The position numbers and the translations under genes are program-made. From a virus (lineage: Duplodnaviria; Caudoviricetes), in IMG/VR virus record IMGVR_UViG_3300046717_000179, positions 1-26,960 of that record: a stretch of 26,960 nucleotides of DNA; one strand, given 5' to 3'. The first letter of the stretch is position 1. Every line of letters begins with the position of its first letter. This document shows positions 9,785 through 16,954 of this stretch, piece after piece. Below the pieces are notes generated by a model that was given only the letters and a program-made list of their open reading frames with translations, was not told the origin of the DNA and did no database searches.

Positions 9785-10726
9785 ATGGCCGGCACTCTCC
9801 CAGGCATTCCGCTGTCGCAGCAGTTCAGCGCGATCGGCCAGCCGTTGGCCGGCTGCCTGCTGTACATTTATGCCGCGAATACCACCACGCCGCAAGACAG
9901 TTTCCTCGACCAGGGCCTCACCATCAAGAACCCATGGCCGTTGGCGGGCGACAACAGCGGCCGGGTGCCGATGTTCTACCTCGCCGATGGCTCGGTTCAC
10001 GTTAGGTTAACCGACAGCGGCGGCGTGGTTCAATTTGATTACCCATCAATGCTCGTTATCGGGCCGTCGTCCGGCGGTGGAGGCACTCCGCCGAGTGTCG
10101 ATCCGTCCACCGTGTTCCAGACCGGAGATGTCATCTGGCTTGATGGACCGACATTCCGTGCCGGATGGGTGCGCGACAACGGCAAGACTATCAGCAATAC
10201 GGGGAATGGTGGAACCGAGCGTTCCGCCATGGATTGCCATGCGCTGTTTCTGTTCCTGTGGAATACATATACTGACTCGATCTGCCCGGTTGTCGGTGGT
10301 CGTGGTTCGAGCGCGGAATCGGATTGGGGCAGCAGACAAATCACACTGCCCGACAAGCGCGGCTATTCGCCGGTCGGCGACACCGCGATGGGCAATGCCG
10401 ACACGGCGCGGCTTGCGAGCGCGCCGATCGTGCAGGGCAATGCGACGACGCCGGGCTCGAAACTCGGCGAGGCGTCACATTTGCTCACGATCGGCGAATT
10501 GCCAACGCATACCCCCTCTGGAGGCGTGACATTGACTGGCGTCCTGACCAGGACGTTTGCCGTCGACATCCTTAACGGATCTGGCGGCTCCCTCTTGCAC
10601 ATGAACCACGATACGGACAGCGGCGGTCCTTACACTGCTGTGTTCGCTGGTAATCCAATTGGCGGTGGCGGCTCACACAACATCACCGGGCTAGTCGTCA
10701 TAGGATCATTTTTTCGCAAGCTGTGA
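9785..10726 (+). CDS. Tail fibre / tail-collar domain protein
   Basis: N-terminal virion-attachment-like domain (GQPLAGCLLYIYAANTTTP) plus collar motifs FQTGD, GWVRDNG, TLPDKRG, GEASHLLTIGELPTH. Confidence 0.75.
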   Translation: MAGTLPGIPLSQQFSAIGQPLAGCLLYIYAANTTTPQDSFLDQGLTIKNPWPLAGDNSGRVPMFYLADGSVHVRLTDSGGVVQFDYPSMLVIGPSSGGGGTPPSVDPSTVFQTGDVIWLDGPTFRAGWVRDNGKTISNTGNGGTERSAMDCHALFLFLWNTYTDSICPVVGGRGSSAESDWGSRQITLPDKRGYSPVGDTAMGNADTARLASAPIVQGNATTPGSKLGEASHLLTIGELPTHTPSGGVTLTGVLTRTFAVDILNGSGGSLLHMNHDTDSGGPYTAVFAGNPIGGGGSHNITGLVVIGSFFRKL

Positions 10727-10738
10727 TGGGAGGCTGAC

Positions 10739-11149
10739 ATCTGGGCAAATCCGTTATTATTTCCCCAAGTCACCAACCGCGAGAGTTGGGCGCCGATCAT
10801 CGAACTGTTCGACGACGACACCGGCGACCCGATCGACCTGTCGGGGCTGACCTCGATCCAGTTGGAAGTCCGCATCATCGGCCGCGGCGTCGGTCACTTT
10901 TCGACACCGATGGCGCCCTGGTACGACGACCCGCCCGACGCTTTCCCGGTGCTCACGGCGTCGCTCGGCAACGGCATCACAATCCTCGACGTGGGGTATT
11001 TCCAGATTGTGTTCCCGGAAACGAAAATGCGCACGCTCAAGGCCGGAACGTACCGCGTCGGGTGCGTCGCTGGTGATGGATCGGATCAGGGTACGCGGCA
11101 ACTCTTCATCGCGCATCTGCCAGTGATCGACGGCGGCGTCACACAATAG
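10739..11149 (+). CDS. Tail accessory/adaptor protein, probable non-canonical ATC start
   Basis: GGAGG then 5 nt then ATC at 10739; frame open IWANPLLFPQVTNRE...DDDTGDPIDLSG to TAG 11149. Track start at 10862 (TTG) lies inside the domain. Confidence 0.65.
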   Translation: MWANPLLFPQVTNRESWAPIIELFDDDTGDPIDLSGLTSIQLEVRIIGRGVGHFSTPMAPWYDDPPDAFPVLTASLGNGITILDVGYFQIVFPETKMRTLKAGTYRVGCVAGDGSDQGTRQLFIAHLPVIDGGVTQ

Positions 11150-11158
11150 GAGGCAGCA

Positions 11159-11710
11159 ATGCTGCCATTTGCCTATCGCGTCAATGTCTCGGCGGCGTTC
11201 CCGGCTCAGGTGGTTGGCGCCGAGGGCGTCGAGGTCAGCAAGGCCAACGGCATCTACACGATCGGTTCGGCCTACGAGACGCTGGCGCCGCTCGGCTCGG
11301 TGCCGGTTCCGGCGCAGAAGCTGCTCAAGGTGTACGACAGCATCACCGGCATTTACAACACGCTGCCGATTTCTGTGCTGCCGAGTGGCGGCGGTGGTGG
11401 CGGGTACAATATCGTCCCGGTGACGGCCGGCACGGGTTATCTCGCAACCATCAATGACGATCTTATCATCGTCAATAAAGCCAGCGGCAGCCCCACGCAG
11501 GTGACGATGGTTGCCTCTGCGACCCGCACACGTGGCCCGGTCCAAATCAAGGATGGCAAGGGTGATGCGGACACAAACAATATCACCGTATTGTTCAACG
11601 GAACCGAGAAGGCCGATAGCTTCGCCTCGATCATCATTCACACGAAATTCGGTTCTGTCTCTCTTGCGCCCAACCCGGCCGGCGGATGGGTGGTCCTGCT
11701 CTATGGGTAA
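11159..11710 (+). CDS. Tail-fibre-associated beta-rich protein
   Basis: SD AGGAGG; Gly linker then DDLIIVNK...QIKDGKGDADTNNITV domain resembling phage fibre modules. Confidence 0.65.
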   Translation: MLPFAYRVNVSAAFPAQVVGAEGVEVSKANGIYTIGSAYETLAPLGSVPVPAQKLLKVYDSITGIYNTLPISVLPSGGGGGGYNIVPVTAGTGYLATINDDLIIVNKASGSPTQVTMVASATRTRGPVQIKDGKGDADTNNITVLFNGTEKADSFASIIIHTKFGSVSLAPNPAGGWVVLLYG

Positions 11711-11714
11711 TGAT

Positions 11715-12197
11715 ATGAAACGCATCCTGCTCGCACTGGCGGCTGCCCTGATCTCGACACCGGCGATTGCGCAGACGCAATTCCCGCCCAATACGCTGTG
11801 GGGAAATTTCACGGCGAGCACTGGATTCCCGGCCACGGTGACGGTGCCGAATTGCCCATCGGGCGCGCTGAATTTTACGGCGGGCACCGGCTTTGGCTGT
11901 GGTGCCGGTGGCGCTGCTGCGTCTGGAACCTTAGCTTTGGCAACCGGTGCGATTTCACCCGCCACCTGTACTTCAGCGCAAACTGCTTCTGCAACTGGAA
12001 CACTTACAACTGATGTGATTATTGCCACGTTTTCTGCTGACCCTACAGGTGCCACTGGCTATATACCATCAACCGGCGGCATGTTGACTATTGTATTTTG
12101 GCCTACGGTCAACACCGTGAATTTCAAGGTGTGCAACAATACGGCTTTGGCAATTACGCCGGGGGCGGTTTCGATAAATTGGAGGGTAATACATTGA
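11715..12197 (+). CDS. Signal-peptide-bearing Thr/Gly-rich protein (gene A)
   Basis: MKRILLALAAALISTPAIA|Q classical Sec signal; four Cys; 3' half has visibly lower-GC codon usage. Confidence 0.75.
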   Translation: MKRILLALAAALISTPAIAQTQFPPNTLWGNFTASTGFPATVTVPNCPSGALNFTAGTGFGCGAGGAAASGTLALATGAISPATCTSAQTASATGTLTTDVIIATFSADPTGATGYIPSTGGMLTIVFWPTVNTVNFKVCNNTALAITPGAVSINWRVIH

Positions 12198-12970
12198 AGC
12201 GGGTGCTTTGGGTCGCTTGTTTATTCCTTTCCATGACAGCATGGGGACAAAGCATTATGTTTCCTGGTCCCGGTTCGTCGGGCGGTACAACGAGTAGTGC
12301 ATCTGTTGTTTTTGATCAGTTGGCCAGCACTACGGGGGTCGGGGGTCCAACTACATCCGGCACGAGGGTATATAACGGTGTAAACTTCGGCACGGCCACG
12401 TCTGACCGGTACATACTTGTGTATGTATGGTGGTCGTCTAATGGGGCTAAACAGCCTACCGCTGTCACGTTGAACGGTACATCTATGACCCAACCCGGGG
12501 GCGGTGGTTTTGGGTGTCGGACATTCGCGCCGCTGCAGACTTGCGTGAGTATATGGGTGCTGCCAGTGCCTACTACGTCGAGCGGGAACATTACTGTGAC
12601 TTATTCAAATTCAACCGTATCTAGTTCAGACGCAATTGCGGTCTTTTCTCTGTATGGGCTTATTACTAATACCCCAGATGCAGCTTCAGGAGGCTACTCT
12701 CTTACTGCACCTACTGCTAATGTTAATGTATTGAGTGGTGGCCTGGTTATTACAGCGGCTTGGGCAGTTCAGGTTCCGTCTCCGATTTGTGCGTGGACTG
12801 GTGCTATATTTGCGGGTGAGATACAAACTGATCCTTCTACAACACCCCCGTCATTTCTTAGTGTTGCCGTCCAAGATCATTTGCCGGCGGCAACTCCCCG
12901 TTCAGTTTCGTGTACTTACAACGGAACGTCAATCGAGCCGCCGTTTATGCAATCAATCTCGTTTCACTAG
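12194..12970 (+). CDS. Signal-peptide-bearing beta-rich protein, allele B1
   Basis: TTG start overlapping gene A stop (TTGA) with SD GGAGG; MKRVLWVACLFLSMTAWG|Q; paralog of 13086-13853; lower GC. Confidence 0.75.
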   Translation: MKRVLWVACLFLSMTAWGQSIMFPGPGSSGGTTSSASVVFDQLASTTGVGGPTTSGTRVYNGVNFGTATSDRYILVYVWWSSNGAKQPTAVTLNGTSMTQPGGGGFGCRTFAPLQTCVSIWVLPVPTTSSGNITVTYSNSTVSSSDAIAVFSLYGLITNTPDAASGGYSLTAPTANVNVLSGGLVITAAWAVQVPSPICAWTGAIFAGEIQTDPSTTPPSFLSVAVQDHLPAATPRSVSCTYNGTSIEPPFMQSISFH

Positions 12971-12987
12971 CTTAAGCGAGGGCCACA

Positions 12988-13089
12988 GTGACCTATCATC
13001 GAGTGGTTATCAGTGCCGGCCACGGAAAGCATGTCTCCGGCGCCTCGGGCTACATGGCTGTGACCGTCAACTGGAGGGTCGTCCGGTGA
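12988..13089 (+). pseudogene. 33-aa chimeric junction ORF: amidase N-terminus fused to gene A C-terminus
   Basis: Translates MTYHRVVISAGHGKHVSGASGY-M-AVTVNWRVVR*; first 22 aa match the endolysin start at 18/22, last 10 resemble gene A end AVSINWRVIH*. Confidence 0.85.
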
Positions 13090-13853
13090 AGCGTACACTT
13101 TGGTTTGCGTGTCTCTTTGCCTGTCTTGCTGCGGTCGCCTGGGGGCAAAGCCTTCCGTGGCCCGGCCCCGGCGGCGCCGGCTGCAGTGGCTGCCCCACCC
13201 TGATTTACAACGGCTCGGCGAGCCAAACGACCGGCGGTGGCTTCATATCCGGGGGAGCTACGTACACGGCGTTTCCGGTCGGGCCAGCGGCAGCAAACCG
13301 CACAGTGCTGGTTATGGCCGTTTTCCGACACGGCCCAGTTAGCCCCGAGGTCATCAATTCAGTGACCATCGGCGGGATCAGCGCGTCCAACGTCGCGCAG
13401 ACCTTCAATAGCGCCGGCGCCAACTACACCTTAATGTATATGTGGGTAGCGAACGTCCCCACCGGGACGACGGCCAATATCGTGGTGACCTATAGTGCTT
13501 CGATAGACCGCGCGGATGGCGTGCAGGTGTGGTCCGCTTACGGCCTCAGTTCCACAACCCCAGTTGCGTCGGCCAGCAGCCTATCAACCACAGTATCGCC
13601 ATTGAGCCTCAACGTGTCGGCAGGTGGGATCGTAGTTGCATCTACGTGGTCGTTTACCCCCGTTGTATCGCCGCCGTGCGCCTGGGCTGGAGTGACCGCA
13701 AACGGGGATATTTTAACGGATCCATCGGGAGCTCAATTGATGAGCGCGGCCAGCGCGAACTTTGTACCGGCTGCCTCTCCGAGAACGGTCAGTTGCACAT
13801 ACAATGCAACGTCAGGGTTTGAGCCCGCCGCGCTGTCGGTTTCGTTCCGTTGA
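13086..13853 (+). CDS. Signal-peptide-bearing beta-rich protein, allele B2
   Basis: GTG start in GTGA overlap with SD GGAGG; MKRTLWFACLFACLAAVAWG|Q; shares PGPG, CAWxG, TDPS, PRxVSCTYN with B1. Track start 12735 is over-extended. Confidence 0.78.
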   Translation: MKRTLWFACLFACLAAVAWGQSLPWPGPGGAGCSGCPTLIYNGSASQTTGGGFISGGATYTAFPVGPAAANRTVLVMAVFRHGPVSPEVINSVTIGGISASNVAQTFNSAGANYTLMYMWVANVPTGTTANIVVTYSASIDRADGVQVWSAYGLSSTTPVASASSLSTTVSPLSLNVSAGGIVVASTWSFTPVVSPPCAWAGVTANGDILTDPSGAQLMSAASANFVPAASPRTVSCTYNATSGFEPAALSVSFR

Positions 13854-13877
13854 AGGATCCAGCAGAAAAGGGCAGTC

Positions 13878-14930
13878 ATGACCCACCGACCAAGACCCGC
13901 TGACCTGCCCCGTCCCGTCCTGCGCCAGGGCGACGAGGGCGCCGCCCAAATGACCTACAGCCGCGTTGTCATTTCATCCGGTCACGGCGCCCACGTCTCC
14001 GGGGCCGTGGGTTACATCGACGAGCACGAGGAGGCGGTGCGCGTGGTCGAGCGCGCGGCGCAGTTCATGCGCGAGGCCGGCGTCGAGGTGACCACCTACG
14101 AGGATACGGTCAGCACGACACAGAACGAGAACCTCAACCGCATCGTCGACTTCCACAATTCGCACGCGCGCGAGCTCGACATCTCGATCCACTTCAATGC
14201 CTACGAGACGACCTCGAAACCCATGGGGACGGAGTGCCTATACGTCACGCAGGAGGAGCTCGCGGACGACGTGTCGGCGGCGATCGCGTCCTGTGGGTTC
14301 GTCAATCGCGGCCCAAAATACCGCAGCGATCTGTTTTTCCTGAACAACACGAGCGAGCCCGCGATCTTGGTCGAGGTCTGCTTCGTCGACAGCCAGACCG
14401 ACGTGGCGCTTTACCAGACCGGGTTCGATGCCGTCTGTCGGGCGCTCGCCGAGACGATCGCCGGCGTGACGATCCCAGGCACGCCAGGGCGGCCCGATCG
14501 ACCCGATCGCCCGGACCCGCCCGATCCGCCGGACTTTGAGGTGCAGACCGGCAAGGTGTCATGGTTCGGCGGCCCCGAGGACGAGGGGGTGGCGGCGGAC
14601 GAGGGGCTGGCGTTCATTTCAAGCGTGAGCCAGAAGCAGGAGTTGTTCCTGCCCACGCAGCCGAGTGGTACCAGCGGACTGGCGCGCCGGCTCAATCCGC
14701 ATGTGCATTTTTTGGCGATGCGTTGGGACTACGACCAGCACTCCAAGACCGAACTGCTCGGGCTGAAAGCATTCGTGCGCAACCCGCGCACCGGTTTTGG
14801 CGTTGTGTGCTTTCCGGCCGATTGGGGGCCGAATGAGAGCACCGGCCGACTGGTCGACGTGTCGCAGTCGGTGATGCAGGATCTCGGGCTGGAATCCGAC
14901 GACATGGTCGAGGTCACCTTCCCGGCATGA
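13878..14930 (+). CDS. Endolysin: N-acetylmuramoyl-L-alanine amidase (Amidase_3) plus C-terminal RlpA/DPBB-like domain; alternative start 13950
   Basis: Zn motifs SSGHG, E, ISIHFN, LVEVCFVD; PDRPDRPDPPDPPD linker; C-domain GKVSWFG...ADWGP...GRLVDVS. Confidence 0.88.
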   Translation: MTHRPRPADLPRPVLRQGDEGAAQMTYSRVVISSGHGAHVSGAVGYIDEHEEAVRVVERAAQFMREAGVEVTTYEDTVSTTQNENLNRIVDFHNSHARELDISIHFNAYETTSKPMGTECLYVTQEELADDVSAAIASCGFVNRGPKYRSDLFFLNNTSEPAILVEVCFVDSQTDVALYQTGFDAVCRALAETIAGVTIPGTPGRPDRPDRPDPPDPPDFEVQTGKVSWFGGPEDEGVAADEGLAFISSVSQKQELFLPTQPSGTSGLARRLNPHVHFLAMRWDYDQHSKTELLGLKAFVRNPRTGFGVVCFPADWGPNESTGRLVDVSQSVMQDLGLESDDMVEVTFPA

Positions 14931-15211
14931 TCGACAAAGTCAGATCGTGGGCCTCTGAAAATACGACGCTGGTCGTTTTTCTGGTGGGTCAGGCGATCGC
15001 GATCGGCGCGGTGGCGATCAGCATCGTCGCCTACATGGTCAGGCTGGAGACGCGCGTGGTGACGCTGGAAGTGAGAGGCTCGCCGCATCTCGCCGAGATC
15101 AACAACCGTCTTACGGTGCTCGAAAGCACAACCAAAGACAACAAAGACCGCCTCCAGAAGGTTGTCGATGTCATGACCAAGGAACTGCACATCGGCCCGG
15201 TGCGGCCTTGA
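14927..15211 (+). CDS. Single-TM membrane protein, holin/lysis accessory candidate
   Basis: ATGA overlap with endolysin; hydrophobic segment LVVFLVGQAIAIGAVAISIVAYMV followed by coiled coil. Confidence 0.55.
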   Translation: MIDKVRSWASENTTLVVFLVGQAIAIGAVAISIVAYMVRLETRVVTLEVRGSPHLAEINNRLTVLESTTKDNKDRLQKVVDVMTKELHIGPVRP

Positions 15212-15375
15212 ACGTAGCCGAGCCGCTTCGCCTTGAAGTAGGTCGGCCACTGCGCCGCATAGTTGACTTGGATATTGCCGCGGCAATTGGCATCCTGCAT
15301 CAGGCGCAGCATCGGGCAACGAGTATCGCCCACAGCGACATCGCGCGGTCGGTAGATGCCTCTGCGCCGTTTCAT
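15031..15375 (-). CDS. Hypothetical protein, probably 3'-truncated and running antisense into the lysis gene
   Basis: Strong SD GGAGG before ATG; first ~55 codons occupy otherwise free sequence, the rest overlaps 14927-15211. Confidence 0.5.
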   Translation of the reverse strand: MKRRRGIYRPRDVAVGDTRCPMLRLMQDANCRGNIQVNYAAQWPTYFKAKRLGYVQGRTGPMCSSLVMTSTTFWRRSLLSLVVLSSTVRRLLISARCGEPLTSSVTTRVSSLTM

Positions 15376-15397
15376 TTTCTCGTCCTCCGGTACGTCG

Positions 15398-15586
15398 TTA
15401 TCGCACGTCTTCCGGTTTCAGTTCGAGCCGCACCATCAGGCGCAGCAGCTTCGCGATTGCCTCAGGGATAGGAGCCCCGTTGGCGTAGCCGTGTGACGTG
15501 CGGGGCGCGATTCCTAGGAACTTGGCCGCTGCGCCCTGGGACAGCCCTAAGCGGTCTAGGGCCGCCCTGTATTGGTTGCCGGTCAT
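15398..15586 (-). CDS. Small XRE-family HTH protein
   Basis: MTGNQYRAALDRLGLSQGAAAKFLGIAPRTSHGYANGAPIP: clear helix-turn-helix. Confidence 0.85.
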   Translation of the reverse strand: MTGNQYRAALDRLGLSQGAAAKFLGIAPRTSHGYANGAPIPEAIAKLLRLMVRLELKPEDVR

Positions 15587-15594
15587 GGTCAGCC

Positions 15595-15795
15595 CTAGAT
15601 ATAGGGTTCCCACGCCCCGTTCTCCCAAACCTCAAGATTGGAGGTGTAGAACCGATAATGGGACCAGCCCAATTCGGGGGTGAGGAGGGAGATGGCCTCG
15701 GCGAGAACCGAGGTGGCCTGAGTGGTGAGGGTGGAGAAGGTGACCGCCGCGCGGCCACAAGAGAAGAGGCGGAAGGTCTGCGGCCGGTTGGTCAT
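15595..15795 (-). CDS. Small hypothetical protein (66 aa)
   Basis: SD GGAGAG; sits between a promoter and the HTH gene. Confidence 0.65.
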   Translation of the reverse strand: MTNRPQTFRLFSCGRAAVTFSTLTTQATSVLAEAISLLTPELGWSHYRFYTSNLEVWENGAWEPYI

Positions 15796-15821
15796 GGCGT
15801 CTCTCCGTTGTTGATGACGCT

Positions 15822-15849
15822 ACTGTACGCACATTTTGCGTATACGCAA
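15822..15849 (-). promoter_or_regulatory. Sigma70-type promoter overlapped by palindromic operator
   Basis: Minus strand TTGCGT-16-TACAGT; perfect palindrome TTGCGTATACGCAA at 15836-15849 and TACGCA-N5-TGCGTA at 15826-15842. Confidence 0.65.
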
Positions 15850-15870
15850 GTCCTGCTTAATCACGAAATG

Positions 15871-16299
15871 TTACAGACCATAAGTTGGCGGGTCTGCTCG
15901 CGGCACAGGTTGCCAGCGATCCGGTCGTTTCATCGTTTCGAGATGGAATGGGTATGAAAGAACCCACGTCTTTAATTTGTCATCCCAATAGGCTTTCACC
16001 CATTTGGTTTGGAGCTCAAGGTAAACTTCGGTCCCGTCTTTCGGGGAAGTTTCGATCGACTCAGCCATTTTTGCCTCGGAAGTCCAATCGGCGTTCGCGT
16101 CGATCGCACCGAGAATCGCCGCTACGTGGCTTCCGGTTGCGCCGCAGTAGCCGCTGTAGACTTCCGGCACAGCGATGTCCCAAGTCTTGATGATATCCCA
16201 GATGGCATCGAACCTCGGGTCATGCCGCATCGCGTGCGACACAGTGCGAGGCCATGGTGCTGAGTTCTTCGGTGCGCGCTCGTCGATCAGATCAGACAT
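15871..16299 (-). CDS. Hypothetical protein with DUF551-like C-terminal module
   Basis: IETSPKDGTEV...PDRWQPVP resembles the IETAPKDG...PTHWxPLP pattern; overlaps the upstream gene stop. Confidence 0.65.
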   Translation of the reverse strand: MSDLIDERAPKNSAPWPRTVSHAMRHDPRFDAIWDIIKTWDIAVPEVYSGYCGATGSHVAAILGAIDANADWTSEAKMAESIETSPKDGTEVYLELQTKWVKAYWDDKLKTWVLSYPFHLETMKRPDRWQPVPRADPPTYGL

Positions 16300-16639
16300 T
16301 GGTCATTCCTTTCACGGATGGGAAGTCACGGCACACCTTTGAAACCGCCCGGAGCTCCAACGCCTCCTGGGCGATCTGCGCTGCGCGGTCGCAGTTAGAC
16401 TCGTCGTCGATGCGCTGGAGCGCAGCCCGCAGCCGCTCGATCTCGGCGGTGAGATAGTCGCGCAGCAAGACATGGCATCCAGGCCCCGTCTCCATCCGAG
16501 TGCAATCGCATTGCCCATCAGAAACGATAGAGCCGCAGGCGGAACACCACATTTCACCATTTCGCAGCCGCTCGATCTCGGCAGCACAGTCTCGCCGGCC
16601 CTGCTCGCGGCCGTCCTTGAAGGCGTCCTGCTCACTCAC
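16292..16639 (-). CDS. Hypothetical protein with Cys-rich insert between two AEIERLR motifs
   Basis: GTGA coupling; CSAC...CDC segment; 20-bp direct repeat. Confidence 0.65.
   Translation of the reverse strand: MSEQDAFKDGREQGRRDCAAEIERLRNGEMWCSACGSIVSDGQCDCTRMETGPGCHVLLRDYLTAEIERLRAALQRIDDESNCDRAAQIAQEALELRAVSKVCRDFPSVKGMTNV
16428..16582. repeat. Perfect 20-bp direct repeat CGCAGCCGCTCGATCTCGGC
   Basis: Copies at 16428-16447 and 16563-16582, 135 bp (45 codons) apart. Confidence 0.9.
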
Positions 16640-16932
16640 GGCCTCTCCTCCACGACGGCGAGGGCGGCGCGGGCGATCTCACCTTCATCGGCTCTGACTT
16701 GTGAGCCAAAATGCAAAACTGAACCTTCCTCTCGCCAGTTCTCCTCATCGGCATAGAACTTCAGCGCCGCGAGCAGTTGGTCGCGCTGGGCTATTAATTT
16801 TTCAACATCTTTCTTAGCCATTTCAAAAAGCATCTCGCGATTGTCCCGCTGGGCGCGGAGGCGGGCGATCTCGGCGTTTTTCTCAGCAACTACTGCGCTC
16901 CACGCCTTTGCCATGTCGGTCATCTCAGTCAT
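16636..16932 (-). CDS. Hypothetical coiled-coil protein
   Basis: SD GGAGG before ATG 16932; AEIARLRA...LLAALKFYAD...ARAAL pattern of small phage genes. Confidence 0.7.
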   Translation of the reverse strand: MTEMTDMAKAWSAVVAEKNAEIARLRAQRDNREMLFEMAKKDVEKLIAQRDQLLAALKFYADEENWREEGSVLHFGSQVRADEGEIARAALAVVEERP

Positions 16933-16954
16933 GGCGATCCTCCAATCTGGCACC

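Noticed and set aside
10757-12055. 432-aa minus-strand ORF
   Set aside because: Antisense shadow of three well-coupled plus-strand tail genes; no recognisable motif.
12194-13853. Diversity-generating retroelement or shufflon explaining the B1/B2 pair
   Set aside because: No reverse transcriptase or invertase in the window, both copies are on the same strand, and divergence is spread over all bases rather than adenine-specific.
14485-14535. Short tandem repeats as a CRISPR or contingency locus
   Set aside because: Imperfect 9-bp units encoding the PDRPDRPDPPDPPD linker; no spacers.
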